Assembly (NCBI GenBank): GCA_963827655.1
Contig: CAWHCF010000044.1
Location: 128,001-192,000, forward strand
Origin: an uncultured Acidobacteriota bacterium
GTDB taxonomy: Bacteria; Acidobacteriota; UBA6911
Direction: 5' to 3'
DNA: 64,000 nt
Positions 35,516 through 45,761 of this stretch are shown here, in pieces (positions within the stretch are counted from its first letter, which is position 1; every line of letters begins with the position of its first letter). The position numbers and the translations under genes are program-made. A model generated the notes under the pieces. The model was not told the DNA's origin, did no database searches, and saw only the letters and a list, made by a program, of their open reading frames with translations.

Positions 35516-35577
35516 GACCGCTTCTTCTCCGCCGCCGAAAGTCAACCTTCGGATTAAATTTTTGGAGTGGTGTTACC

Positions 35578-36826
35578 ATGCTGGGCAGTTGGAAGGCTGC
35601 AGTGAAAAGAATGGCAATATCGGCTTTCGATCGTCGACCCTTAGTGATGCATCTGGCCCCGGGATACCGGGCCGTCGATCCCCGTCTTTACCACTTGCAA
35701 TGCGATGCTCTAGTCAAAGCTGGTTGCACGATCGAGCTCGTGGCCCATTCGTCTAGCCCATTAGAAGTTGATTCGCGCGTCAGGTTGCATTCGCTTGGCG
35801 AACACAGATCGACGCTGGCTTGGCGTCTGGTTGATCGCTTCCAGCGTGTCCGAAAGGCCTTTGAGACAGCTTTGCGTTCCAAAGCCGCTCTCTTTCACTA
35901 TCATGGCCTCGAGTTCACACTGTGGGGGAAACGGCTCCGGCGTGTGTCGGGACGACCAGTCATCTTTGACTGCCGTGAGGATTACGAGGGATATGCCCGG
36001 CAACGCCGCGGTATTCCCAAGATGCTCCGTCCTTTTCTTGCCCGCCTTGTCCGTGCCCAGTTGCGGAACGCCGCCCGCAGCGCTGACGCAACCGTCGTAG
36101 CAGACCAGGGAACCGCTGATTTACTGAGCCCCTATGCACGCCGTCTCGTGATCGTGCATAATTTTCCGCGAGTCGAACTGTTCGACAGGCGCGTGAGCGG
36201 GTCGAGGGTCTCTTCGCTCACCGGCAAGACGATCCGGCTGCGACGGCCAGCCTGCCCCCGCAGACAAGCCCTATGACATTGTCCTTCACGGCAGCCTGCC
36301 GAAGTATCATCTGGAAGTCTGTCTCTCCATTGACGCCGCTCTGATAGAACGGGGGTATCGAGTACACTGGTTGTTAATGGGGAAAACTCCCGAGATGAAG
36401 TGGCTGACCCAGGAACTTACGCGCCGAGGCATCACTGAAAGATTCCACCTGAAGGATTTCATTCCTCATCGTGAGGTGGCAGGTGAGTTGAGCAAGGCGA
36501 AAGTGGGTATTATCCCTCTCCCCAACTTGCCTAAATTCCAGAATAACATCCCCCAGAAGTTATTCGAATTCATGGCTCTCGGCATACCGGTCGTTTTGAG
36601 CGATCTGCCTCCAAGCCGCCCCTTTGTCGGTGACGGCAGATCCGCTATTATGGTGGCCCCAGGAGACCACGGTGCCTACGCCGATGCCCTAATTCGGCTG
36701 CTGAAAAGTCCTCGACTGCGCGACGAGATGGGAAGAGAGGGAAGGAAAAGGGTAATGGAGGAGTATAACTGGGAGAAAGAATCGCAGAAGTTACTCAGTC
36801 TCTATCGGGAGCTCTTACCCGCATGA
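35578..36826 (+). CDS. Glycosyltransferase family 4; frameshift near 36250
   Basis: DPR, FDCREDY and HNFP in the first ORF. NIPQKLFEFMALGIPVVLSD and YNWE in the second. Same subfamily as 33489-34652. Confidence 0.83.
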
Positions 36827-37692
36827 CCCGGAGATTGATCATCACCGCTGACGACTACGGGATGTGCGCCTCCGTGAACGACGCGATTGAAGCATGCCTC
36901 AGCGCCGGCACCGTCCGAGCTACCTGCGCCATGGTGAACATGCCGCTGTTCAATGCGACGGCATCTCTGCGACAAGAGTTCCCAGACTGCTCCGTCGGTA
37001 TTCACTGGACGCTGACCCAGGGAAAGCCCATTCTTACGGCGGCCCAACTCCCAACTCTGGTCGGTGCGAATGGGGAGTTTCATCCGGTCCTCGAGTTCCG
37101 GCGCCGTTGGCTACGCGGTCGAATAGACGCCGATGAGATCCGACGTGAACTCAGGGCGCAGTGTCAGCAATTCAGTCAAGTCGCTGGCGTCCCGGACTTC
37201 TGGAATACCCATCAGAATTCGCACGTTCTTCCCCGCTTGTTTGCTCTCTTTGTGCTCGCGGGGCGGGAACTTGGAATTCCGGCCATGCGTAGCCACCGGC
37301 GCCTGACGGTGCCGTGCAACATGTCGCCTCTGCGCCACAATCTGAGCCATCCCTTGTACTGGTTCAAGGGACGGGTCATTGCGCGATGGGCGGCGAAGGC
37401 GGAGGCTGGCGGAGTATTGATGCCTGACGGCCGGGTGTATACCCCCGGTTATGATGGCGGGGGAATCGCCTCGCTTCCGGAAATCGTAGAGCGCATTGAA
37501 TGGAGCGCCGTAAGAAGAGCCGTCGAACTGGTGGTCCATCCGGCAACCGCAGTCGACGAACGCCTGTTTGGCAGCATGACGCAGTCTCGCCTTCTCGAGT
37601 ACAATGTGCTGCGCGAGCCGGCGCTCAAAGAACGGCTCCGCCAGAGCGATGTTGAGTTAGCCAGTTTTGAGGCGCTTCGGGCAAGTCAGTAG
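36823..37692 (+). CDS. ChbG/HpnK/YdjC-family carbohydrate deacetylase
   Basis: LIITADDYG, MVNMP, GIHWTL, THQNSH and ELVVHP. ATGA coupling. Confidence 0.88.
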   Translation: MTRRLIITADDYGMCASVNDAIEACLSAGTVRATCAMVNMPLFNATASLRQEFPDCSVGIHWTLTQGKPILTAAQLPTLVGANGEFHPVLEFRRRWLRGRIDADEIRRELRAQCQQFSQVAGVPDFWNTHQNSHVLPRLFALFVLAGRELGIPAMRSHRRLTVPCNMSPLRHNLSHPLYWFKGRVIARWAAKAEAGGVLMPDGRVYTPGYDGGGIASLPEIVERIEWSAVRRAVELVVHPATAVDERLFGSMTQSRLLEYNVLREPALKERLRQSDVELASFEALRASQ

Positions 37693-37849
37693 TTTTGAAA
37701 GTATAGAGAGAAGGTAACAGGAATGATGTGGGTTTGAAGTATGTTGCCGCATTCTACTCAAAAGGGGAAGAGACCGACCTCCTGGGAGGTGGACGTCATC
37801 AAGACGTCATCAAGATGCTAAACTTCAAATGGACCTTGGGAGGAATTGT

Positions 37850-38779
37850 ATGAGCCGGGACGAACTGCGCCGCAAACCGGTTCAAGAAATTGAGGCTCAC
37901 GAAATCGACGCGTTCCTCAAGCGCCGCAAGCCATTCGTTGTCCGAGGATGGCTCCAGGATAAGCTGAAACAGGACGACCCTGTGTGGGAGAGGACTAAAG
38001 CCCGGGTGATTGTCATTCCTCCAGAGTCCAAAGCTGTCACGTCCGTTGCTCAGCGCGCGGCCGGGAAAGAGCTTGTGGAAATGACCTACCGGGAGGTGTT
38101 CGATAAGATCGCCTCTGAGCGCGAGGGCGTACGATACTACGTCTTTGGAGACTATAGTCCCGCGGAGATTTGGAAGGCTCTTCCCTGGCCGAAGCCTGTC
38201 CACGGGTCCACGATCTACGTAACTTCCGGAGACACTCTTTCAAAGGCCCATTTCGATTTTTGGAACGTGTTCCTGATCCAAATCGAAGGTAGGAAGAGTT
38301 GGAAACTGTTTTCCCCGTCGGATTATCCGTTCATGTATCCGGTTCACAACAGCGTCACAGGTGAAGTACAGCGATGCCTGGCGGACTTGGAGACTCCGGA
38401 CTTTAAAGCCTATCCCCTGCTGAGAAGGGTAACCTGCCATCACGTGACCGCCGGGGCAGGCGATCTTCTCTGGATGCCACCTCGGTGGTGGCATGAGGTG
38501 CGTACGGAGTCGTTTTCCGTAACGCTCAACGCCTCACTGTACCAATCGCGCGCGGAGTCCGCCAGAGAGATTTTCTCGTACTTCGGAAACAGCTTGCGAG
38601 CCCGCTTTGTGTACCGCAGCTCCCATCACATACCTCTGGTGACGTTGCTAACACCGGTGATACCGCCCAGGCTGGCTGCGAGAATTGAAGCTACTCTTGA
38701 TCGCTTTAACGACTGGCGGGCGCAGCGGCGAGCAACGAGTGTGCAAAAGGCCCCTACGCAAGATCGCACGGTTCATTGA
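37850..38779 (+). CDS. JmjC/Cupin_8 Fe(II)/2-oxoglutarate-dependent hydroxylase
   Basis: HFD...H facial triad (KAHFDFWN; GDLLWMPPRWWHEV) and QIEGRKSWKLFSP. GGAGG RBS. Confidence 0.85.
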   Translation: MSRDELRRKPVQEIEAHEIDAFLKRRKPFVVRGWLQDKLKQDDPVWERTKARVIVIPPESKAVTSVAQRAAGKELVEMTYREVFDKIASEREGVRYYVFGDYSPAEIWKALPWPKPVHGSTIYVTSGDTLSKAHFDFWNVFLIQIEGRKSWKLFSPSDYPFMYPVHNSVTGEVQRCLADLETPDFKAYPLLRRVTCHHVTAGAGDLLWMPPRWWHEVRTESFSVTLNASLYQSRAESAREIFSYFGNSLRARFVYRSSHHIPLVTLLTPVIPPRLAARIEATLDRFNDWRAQRRATSVQKAPTQDRTVH

Positions 38780-38885
38780 TAGACGTGCGGTCGTTCGGGA
38801 AAAGGTGCCGATGCAGGCCAGTGAACAGGATGTTCGTTGAAACCATCGCAAACTCGCGATATAAGTCTGTGAGTCGAGACATGCA

Positions 38886-39958
38886 ATGAATCTAAAGAAA
38901 GAAGCAGTCAGCTAGTGCTTGAAGACGGGTCCCTGTTTGAGGGCCAGGCCTTCGGCTTCCCCTCAGCTATCGCCGGCGAAGTAGTCTTTAACACCGGCAT
39001 GGTGGGATATCCTGAAGCTTTTACCGACCCTTCCTACAAAGGTCAGATCCTGGTCCTCACCTATCCGCTCATCGGAAACTACGGTGTGGCCGGCGGCGCT
39101 GGAGGACACAACAGCCTCGAAGGGACTTTCGAATCCAGCAAGATGCAGATTTCTGGGCTGGTCGTCTCCGAGGTTTCGTCGAATCACAGCCACTGGAACG
39201 CCACCATGAGTTTGATCGAGTGGCTTCATCAGGAGAAGGTGCCCGCCTTGTCCGGAATCGACACGCGGGCCCTGACGAAGCACTTGCGTGAGCAAGGGAG
39301 CATGGGAGGCAAAATCGTTACCGGAAGCGACGACGTTGAATTCTACGACCCCAACCAGGATAATCTGGTTTCATTCGTAAGCGTCCCGGAACCCATCCTC
39401 TATCCCGGTGGCAAGAAGCGAATCGTCGTCGTCGACTGTGGCTGCAAGAGCAGTATTATTCGAAGCCTGCTGGCTCGAGACGTCACCGTGATCAGGGTTC
39501 CGTGGAATTACGATTTTCTCCGGGAAGAGTTTGACGGCGTGCTGATCTCAAACGGTCCCGGAGACCCGAAGATGTGCGTCGAGACTATCGCGAACGTGCG
39601 GCGGGCGATGGAACGGGAATACCCCATCCTCGGCGTATGCCTCGGTCACCAGGTCCTCGCCTTGGCGGCAGGGTGCGACACCTACAAGCTGAAGTTCGGA
39701 CATCGCAGCCAGAACCAGCCGTGCAAACAGGTGGGAACGAATCGCTGCTACATCACCTCTCAGAATCACGGTTATGCGGTCGACAGCGAGACGCTGCCGT
39801 CTGGTTGGGAGCCGTGGTTCACCAACGCCAATGACGGGACTAACGAGGGCATCCGCCATCGCTCCCGCCCGTTCATGAGTGTCCAGTTTCATCCTGAGGC
39901 AGCCCCCGGACCGGTTGATTCCAACTTTCTCTTCGATGAGTTCTTAGAGACGATATGA
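38886..39958 (+). CDS. carA: Carbamoyl-phosphate synthase small subunit (start either ATG 38886 with an indel, or GTG 38915)
   Basis: LEDG, GEVVFNTGMVGYPE, TDPSY.GQIL, SNGPGDP, GVCLGHQ, TSQNHGYAV and VQFHPE. Confidence 0.95.
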
Positions 39959-42900
39959 TGAACGAGAAGCCCACGAAAGTTCTCGTGCTCGGCAGCGGAG
40001 CGCTGAAGATCGGCGAGGCAGGGGAATTTGACTATTCAGGCAGCCAGGCCATCAAGGCATTGAAGGATGAAGGAATCCGGACGATCCTGGTCAACCCGAA
40101 CATCGCCACGATCCAGACGTCGGATTACCTCGCAGACCAGATCTATTTTCTGCCCATCAATCGCTATTTCGTCGAGCGGGTCATCGAGAAGGAACGGCCA
40201 GACGGCATCATGCTCGGCTTCGGGGGCCAGACTGCCCTGAATTGCGGTCTGGACCTCGAGCGGAATGGCGTGCTCGACCGATATGGCGTCCGCATTCTGG
40301 GCACGCCTATCCAGGCTATCCGTGAGACCGAGGACCGCGATCTGTTTGTCAAGAAACTAGCCGAAATCTCGGTCAAGGTGCCCCGAAGCGCCGCCGCTAC
40401 TTCGGTCGAAGAGGCAGTCTCAATTGCCAGTGAGATCGGGTATCCCGTCATGCTCCGGGTTGCCTATGCTCTGGGCGGTCTCGGCTCAGGTCTTTGCGAA
40501 AGCGAGGACGAAGTGCATGACCGTGCCACCCGGGCTTTCGCTCACAGTCCCCAGGTGCTCATTGAGGAATACCTGACCGGCTGGAAGGAAGTGGAATACG
40601 AGGTGGTCCGCGACCGCTACGACAACTGCGTCACCGTGTGCAACATGGAAAACTTCGACCCCATGGGAATTCACACCGGCGAAAGCATTGTCGTGGCTCC
40701 GAGCCAGACGCTCACCAACAGCGAGTACCACCTTCTTCGACAGATCTCCATTCAGGTAGTGCGCCATCTCGGCATCGTGGGTGAATGCAACATTCAGTTC
40801 GCCCTTGACCCGAATTCCCAGGATTACCGCGTCATCGAAGTGAATGCCCGGTTATCGCGCAGCTCCGCTCTCGCCTCCAAGGCAACCGGCTACCCTCTGG
40901 CTCTCGTGGCCGCCAAGCTCGGGCTGGGCTATGGCCTCACCGAACTGCAGAATTCGATAACAAGCGTAACATCAGCCTGTTTCGAACCCGCCCTGGACTA
41001 TGTGGTTGTCAAGATTCCGCGCTGGGACTTGCAAAAGTTCCGACGGGTCTCGAAGCGCCTTGGATCCGGAATGAAATCCGTCGGCGAGGTCATGGCCATA
41101 GGCCGCAAGTTCGAGGAAGCCTTGCAAAAAGCGCTGCGCATGCTGGACATCGGGGTTGGTGGCCTGGTGGGAAATGACAGCTTCAGGTTTAGCGATCTGG
41201 AGCGAGAGCTTCACGAGCCGACCCACGAGCGGATATTCGCAATCCCTGAAGCCATCAAACAAGGTTATTCAATTGATCGCATCCACGAGCTTTCGCGCAT
41301 CGACAAATGGTTCCTACACAAGATTGAGAAGATCGTAGACATCGAGGGCAGAGTCCGCCAAAGCGCAGGCCGGCAATGTTCTCGGGAACTTCTCATGGAG
41401 GCGAAGCGCTCCGGTTTTGCCGATCAGCAGATCGCTCGATCAATGGGCTTCGAGGAAGCACAGATAAGAGAACTGCGGCATGAATATGGCATCGTTCCTT
41501 GCGTGAAGCAGATCGATACTTTGGCAGCGGAGTACCCTGCTCAGACCAACTACCTCTATCTCACCTATAACGGCCAGGAAGACGACGTCGCTTTCAATGG
41601 AAAAAACTCCGTCATCGTCCTGGGATCCGGGGCTTACCGCATCGGCAGTTCGGTCGAGTTTGACTGGTGTTGCGTCAATACCGTTTTGACGCTCAGGAAG
41701 CTCGGATACAGGACCATCATAATTAACTGCAACCCCGAGACAGTCAGCACCGACTACAACGAGTGCGACAAGCTCTACTTCGACCAGCTGAATCTCGAAA
41801 CCGTTCTGGATATATACAGGAAAGAGAACCCCATCGGCATCATCATCTCGGTGGGAGGTCAGATTCCCAACAACCTCGCTATGCGACTCCAGGAGGCCGG
41901 AGTCAACGTGCTGGGCACTTCACCCTCGAGTATCGACGCGGCCGAGGACAGGCACAAGTTCTCTCAATTGCTGGATCAGCTGGGAATCGAGCAGCCGGCG
42001 TGGAAGGAATTGGTCTCCATTGAGGAGGCGAAGGCGTTCGCCCAGAAGGTGGGTTATCCCGTATTGGTGCGCCCTTCGTATGTGCTCAGCGGCGCCGCCA
42101 TGAGCGTGGCCTCAAACGACGCCGAGTTGGCCAAGTTCCTGGAAAGAGCCACCGAAGTGTCCCCAATACATCCGATTGTGCTCAGCAAATTCGTGGAAAA
42201 CGCCAAGGAACTGGAAATCGACGCGGTAGCCCGCGATGGCGAACTGGTTGCCTCGGCGATCTCCGAGCATGTAGAGAACGCCGGGGTTCATTCGGGCGAC
42301 GCGACTCTCGTACTCCCGCCGCAGCGGACCTACCTCGAAACCATGCGCCGGATCAGAAAGATCACCAGGAGAATTGCCGAATCTCTCAAGATCAACGGAC
42401 CGTTCAACATCCAGTTCATTGCCAAGGGAAACGAGGTCAAGGTAATCGAATGCAACCTCCGAGCCTCCCGCAGCTTCCCCTTTGTCTCGAAGATCCTGAG
42501 GGTCAACTTTATCGATCTGGCAACGCGAGTGATCATGGGACATGCCGTGCCGAAACTGAACGGATCGCTGCTTGAGGTTGACTATGTTGGAGTGAAGGCG
42601 CCGCATTTCTCGTTCATGCGCCTTGACGGCGCAGATCCGACGCTCGGAGTCGAAATGGCTTCCACCGGCGAAGTCGCTTGCCTGGGAGACGATTTTGACG
42701 AGGCCTTCCTGAAGTCTTTGCTGTCGGTTGGGTATCGTTTGCCGGTCCGAAACGTCTTTCTTTCCACCGGTCCCATCGAGCACAAGGCGGCCTTTCTCGA
42801 AAGTACGCGTGTACTCAAAAACCTGGGAGTGAACATCTACGCCACCAAGGGGACCGCGGAGTTTCTCCGCAGCAATGACATCGAGACGACTACTCTCCCC

Positions 42901-43212
42901 TGGCCGTTGGAGGAGCAGGGCCACATCACTCTGGAGTATCTCAGCCAGGGGAAGATCGATCTCGTCATCAATATTCCGAAGAACTACCAGGAGGAGGAGC
43001 TGACCAACGACTATATCATTCGTCGCCGCGCCGCCGATTTTGGCGTCCCGTTGATCACAAATATACAACTGGCGGAGCGGTTCGTGGATGCCCTTTCCAG
43101 GAAACGACTCGATGATTTGGAGATCAAGAGCTGGAGCGAGTACGAAGGCCGGGTATCGGACCTCGATGTAAGTCCAATGAAGCCTGTCTTCTCGTACAAG
43201 GAAACTGCGTAG
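39955..43212 (+). CDS. carB: Carbamoyl-phosphate synthase large subunit
   Basis: Intact 1085 aa ORF with duplicated ATP-grasp halves: GEFDYSGSQA, GIHTGES, SRSSALASKATGYP, NCNPETVSTD, GVHSGDA. C-terminal MGS-like domain. Confidence 0.97.
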   Translation: MMNEKPTKVLVLGSGALKIGEAGEFDYSGSQAIKALKDEGIRTILVNPNIATIQTSDYLADQIYFLPINRYFVERVIEKERPDGIMLGFGGQTALNCGLDLERNGVLDRYGVRILGTPIQAIRETEDRDLFVKKLAEISVKVPRSAAATSVEEAVSIASEIGYPVMLRVAYALGGLGSGLCESEDEVHDRATRAFAHSPQVLIEEYLTGWKEVEYEVVRDRYDNCVTVCNMENFDPMGIHTGESIVVAPSQTLTNSEYHLLRQISIQVVRHLGIVGECNIQFALDPNSQDYRVIEVNARLSRSSALASKATGYPLALVAAKLGLGYGLTELQNSITSVTSACFEPALDYVVVKIPRWDLQKFRRVSKRLGSGMKSVGEVMAIGRKFEEALQKALRMLDIGVGGLVGNDSFRFSDLERELHEPTHERIFAIPEAIKQGYSIDRIHELSRIDKWFLHKIEKIVDIEGRVRQSAGRQCSRELLMEAKRSGFADQQIARSMGFEEAQIRELRHEYGIVPCVKQIDTLAAEYPAQTNYLYLTYNGQEDDVAFNGKNSVIVLGSGAYRIGSSVEFDWCCVNTVLTLRKLGYRTIIINCNPETVSTDYNECDKLYFDQLNLETVLDIYRKENPIGIIISVGGQIPNNLAMRLQEAGVNVLGTSPSSIDAAEDRHKFSQLLDQLGIEQPAWKELVSIEEAKAFAQKVGYPVLVRPSYVLSGAAMSVASNDAELAKFLERATEVSPIHPIVLSKFVENAKELEIDAVARDGELVASAISEHVENAGVHSGDATLVLPPQRTYLETMRRIRKITRRIAESLKINGPFNIQFIAKGNEVKVIECNLRASRSFPFVSKILRVNFIDLATRVIMGHAVPKLNGSLLEVDYVGVKAPHFSFMRLDGADPTLGVEMASTGEVACLGDDFDEAFLKSLLSVGYRLPVRNVFLSTGPIEHKAAFLESTRVLKNLGVNIYATKGTAEFLRSNDIETTTLPWPLEEQGHITLEYLSQGKIDLVINIPKNYQEEELTNDYIIRRRAADFGVPLITNIQLAERFVDALSRKRLDDLEIKSWSEYEGRVSDLDVSPMKPVFSYKETA

Positions 43213-43413
43213 ATTGACCCCGTTGCATCCTCTTCGCGTTTACTTCCTACCGACTAGATCTACCGCCCGAATAATCACACCGTTCAGTCAAATCCCTAAC
43301 ATGAAACTTTCGCGACCCAAAACTATCAGTCAGATTCTCGTCCTTAGGCTTGGCGGTGGCGCTCTTTTTCGCCCTAACTGCTAAGAAACAAAGACGTAAA
43401 GAAAAGATAAAGT

Positions 43414-44103
43414 ATGAGTTTTGCGACCAAAGCCGTTCCTAGCACCATTCGTGTGTTCTTACTAGGCGAGCACGCGCTCATTCGCGCAGGCCTGAAAATG
43501 CTGATCGAAAGCCGTGCCGGATTGACGGTTGTGGGAGAGGCGGCAACCTACTCCGACGCCCGAGCCGCAGGGCTTCGACAAGCCGATATCATCGTTCTCG
43601 ATTCGGATCTTGACCGCGATACCAGCCTCGATTTTCTTAACGAGATGGTAGCAAGCGCCAAGCCGGCCCGCATTCTTGTTCTTACGGGAACCGCCGATCT
43701 CGAGTCTCACTACTGTGCGGTGCGTCTGGGCGCAATGGGTGTAGTGGTGAAAGAAAGACCCGCCGACGTGCTCGTGAAGGCTATCGAGAAGGTCCACGCA
43801 GGAGAGATCTGGTTAGACCGATCCGCGATTGCGCGCGTTCTGCGCGGATTGTCGAGCGGGAGCGGAGACTCATCCGGAGACATAGATGACGTCAGAATAG
43901 CAAGCCTCACCGAGCGGGAACGCAACGTCATTGCGGTTATCGGCGAAGGGCTCAAGAATCAGCAGATTGCCGAACGATTGTTCATCAGCGAGACCACGGT
44001 TCGCCACCATCTCAGCTCGATATTCGAAAAACTCGGGGTCTCGGACCGGCTCGAGCTACTGGTTTACGCATACCGCCATAAGCTCGCTAAACCTCCGATC
44101 TAG
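43414..44103 (+). CDS. NarL/FixJ-family response regulator (REC + LuxR HTH)
   Basis: IIVLD phospho-Asp and LTERE..V...GEG.KNQQIAERLFISETTVRHHLSSIF.KLGV..R. Confidence 0.92.
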   Translation: MSFATKAVPSTIRVFLLGEHALIRAGLKMLIESRAGLTVVGEAATYSDARAAGLRQADIIVLDSDLDRDTSLDFLNEMVASAKPARILVLTGTADLESHYCAVRLGAMGVVVKERPADVLVKAIEKVHAGEIWLDRSAIARVLRGLSSGSGDSSGDIDDVRIASLTERERNVIAVIGEGLKNQQIAERLFISETTVRHHLSSIFEKLGVSDRLELLVYAYRHKLAKPPI

Positions 44104-44273
44104 CGGGTTGGCCAGGCCGCCATGGGCGGGGCACTCTTGTGCCCCCCTGAATAGGCGCATACGCCCATGCGGGTCTGGTAAAAAATGGTCTAATTCGCCT
44201 AGTGAAAATGGTCGCTCGCACCGATGCGCCGTCTGTGCGAACCATCTAGAATATTCCACTTAGGGTACACGTT

Positions 44274-44603
44274 ATGTACAGCACCCAGAAGCCGGCCTGT
44301 AGAGAGAAGCCTCGCATCAAAGTTTCGTTTCCGGCGAGACTACGTACGGTCGGCACCACTAGCGAGGTTCTCGAAATGGATGGTCAGGTCGAGAATGTCA
44401 GCGGTGGAGGTCTGTACCTGCGGCTGCCCCATTCTCTCGGGCAGAACACTAAAGTGAACGTCGTATTCCGGTTCTCTCACGTGTCAGACGCAACTACGCC
44501 CGCTGCGCGGGTCGCCGTTCGCGGAGTCGTACTACGCGCAGATCCGCTGCCGGACGGTTCATGCGGAGTAGCGTTAGCGTTCAGGCGCTACCGGTTCTTT
44601 TAG
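44274..44603 (+). CDS. Single-domain PilZ protein
   Basis: RxxxR (REKPR) and N-x-S-x-x-G (NVSGGG) c-di-GMP-binding motifs, plus G.VLR and GVALAF. Confidence 0.8.
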   Translation: MYSTQKPACREKPRIKVSFPARLRTVGTTSEVLEMDGQVENVSGGGLYLRLPHSLGQNTKVNVVFRFSHVSDATTPAARVAVRGVVLRADPLPDGSCGVALAFRRYRFF

Positions 44604-44641
44604 ACGCTTCAACCTCGGGTGCCCTCAAAGGAGTCACTGGA

Positions 44642-44824
44642 GTGAAAATCGTAGCCCGAATCGAGAAGGTGGCAGCCGATCAGTACCTGCTGGACGGAAA
44701 ACAGTTTGATTCATTTCTCAACGCACGCCGGGAAATGGCCGAACGCATAAAGCGCCGCCGGCTCGAACGGCAGTCCCGAACCTCCCGCCAAGGGATGGCT
44801 TCGCTCAGGGCCACCGGTGCGTGA
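44642..44824 (+). CDS. Small basic hypothetical protein (60 aa)
   Basis: GTG start 8 nt after AAAGGAG. MKIVARIEKVAADQYLLDGKQFDSFLNARREM... reads like a real protein. Confidence 0.5.
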   Translation: MKIVARIEKVAADQYLLDGKQFDSFLNARREMAERIKRRRLERQSRTSRQGMASLRATGA

Positions 44825-44900
44825 TTCGCCGTGAAGGCGACAGGAAAGTACGATCGCAAGCGGCGCGCCGAACTGTCTGCGGTCAGTAACCAATATTAAC

Positions 44901-44960
44901 GGGATGGCGATTACTGGGCGCCTCGTAAAAGAGGCGCCTGGCTTCCCCTATCGTCATCCC
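44901..44960 (+). other. Long imperfect hairpin (terminator or structured RNA)
   Basis: Outer stem GGGATGGCGAT/ATCGTCATCCC and inner stem CTGGGCGCCTC-GTAAAA-GAGGCGCCTGG. Mismatches are G-U compatible on the + strand. Confidence 0.55.
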
Positions 44961-45761
44961 GACCAGATTCCAGGTAACATCAGAGACTAACAGGCGGTCT
45001 CACACAATCCCACCTTTCCTTCGTAACTAATCCTTTCTTAATACGCATGCGTGTCACCTTGTACGCGCATCGGTCTGCGCCGGCTCTCGTGTTAAGATTG
45101 GTCAGCTAAGCGGCTAAACTCCTGGAATCCTGCTATCTGCGTAACCTGGCTGGCATCCATTGATAGTGGTTCCACGTCCTAAAACGGCAGATTGACGTGG
45201 TCGAGGTGACGCGGCGGGCCAAGACGGTGGCGAAAGGTTAACTTGGATGGTGACTACCGGAAGGCTCCAACCGTCATAGGAGCCGTTTTGATTATGCGGT
45301 GGCGACTCTCAAGCGTCCCGATCCAAGGCTTGACCCTCTATATGGATCGATGCTCGAACAATTTGCTGAGGCCGGGCCGGAAGTAGTCAATCTGACGAAG
45401 CACATTTCACAACAAACGCCTCATCTCTAAGCCTCATCATCCACTGCATGCTGGAATGGTGTTATCCTCTTTGGTTCAGGAGGTTCAAATGATCCCAACT
45501 AATTGGAACCGCCGTTAAGAAACGCAAACCGTCAGCGTCCCGAGAGGAGCGGAGATCTCGCCGCAACTAACCAATTGCTAACACGCTTCACTGCCAACTC
45601 TCATTGGAAACGGGTTCCCGATCTACAGCAATCAGTCGCGTCTATGACGAATTGTTGCAGGCGAGCCTATCACGGGCTTCTTTCCAGGCAATGCTGAACT
45701 CTCGGCTCAGAAATTCATAGTTTTCGACGCCGGCTTCGAAGTTCCCGGTTCCGCTTGATTA

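Noticed and set aside
43351-43365. ops/JUMPStart-like sequence (GGCGGTGGCG)
   Set aside because: Imperfect match to GGCGGTAG, located downstream of the long operon rather than in its leader, and no RfaH/NusG paralogue in the window.
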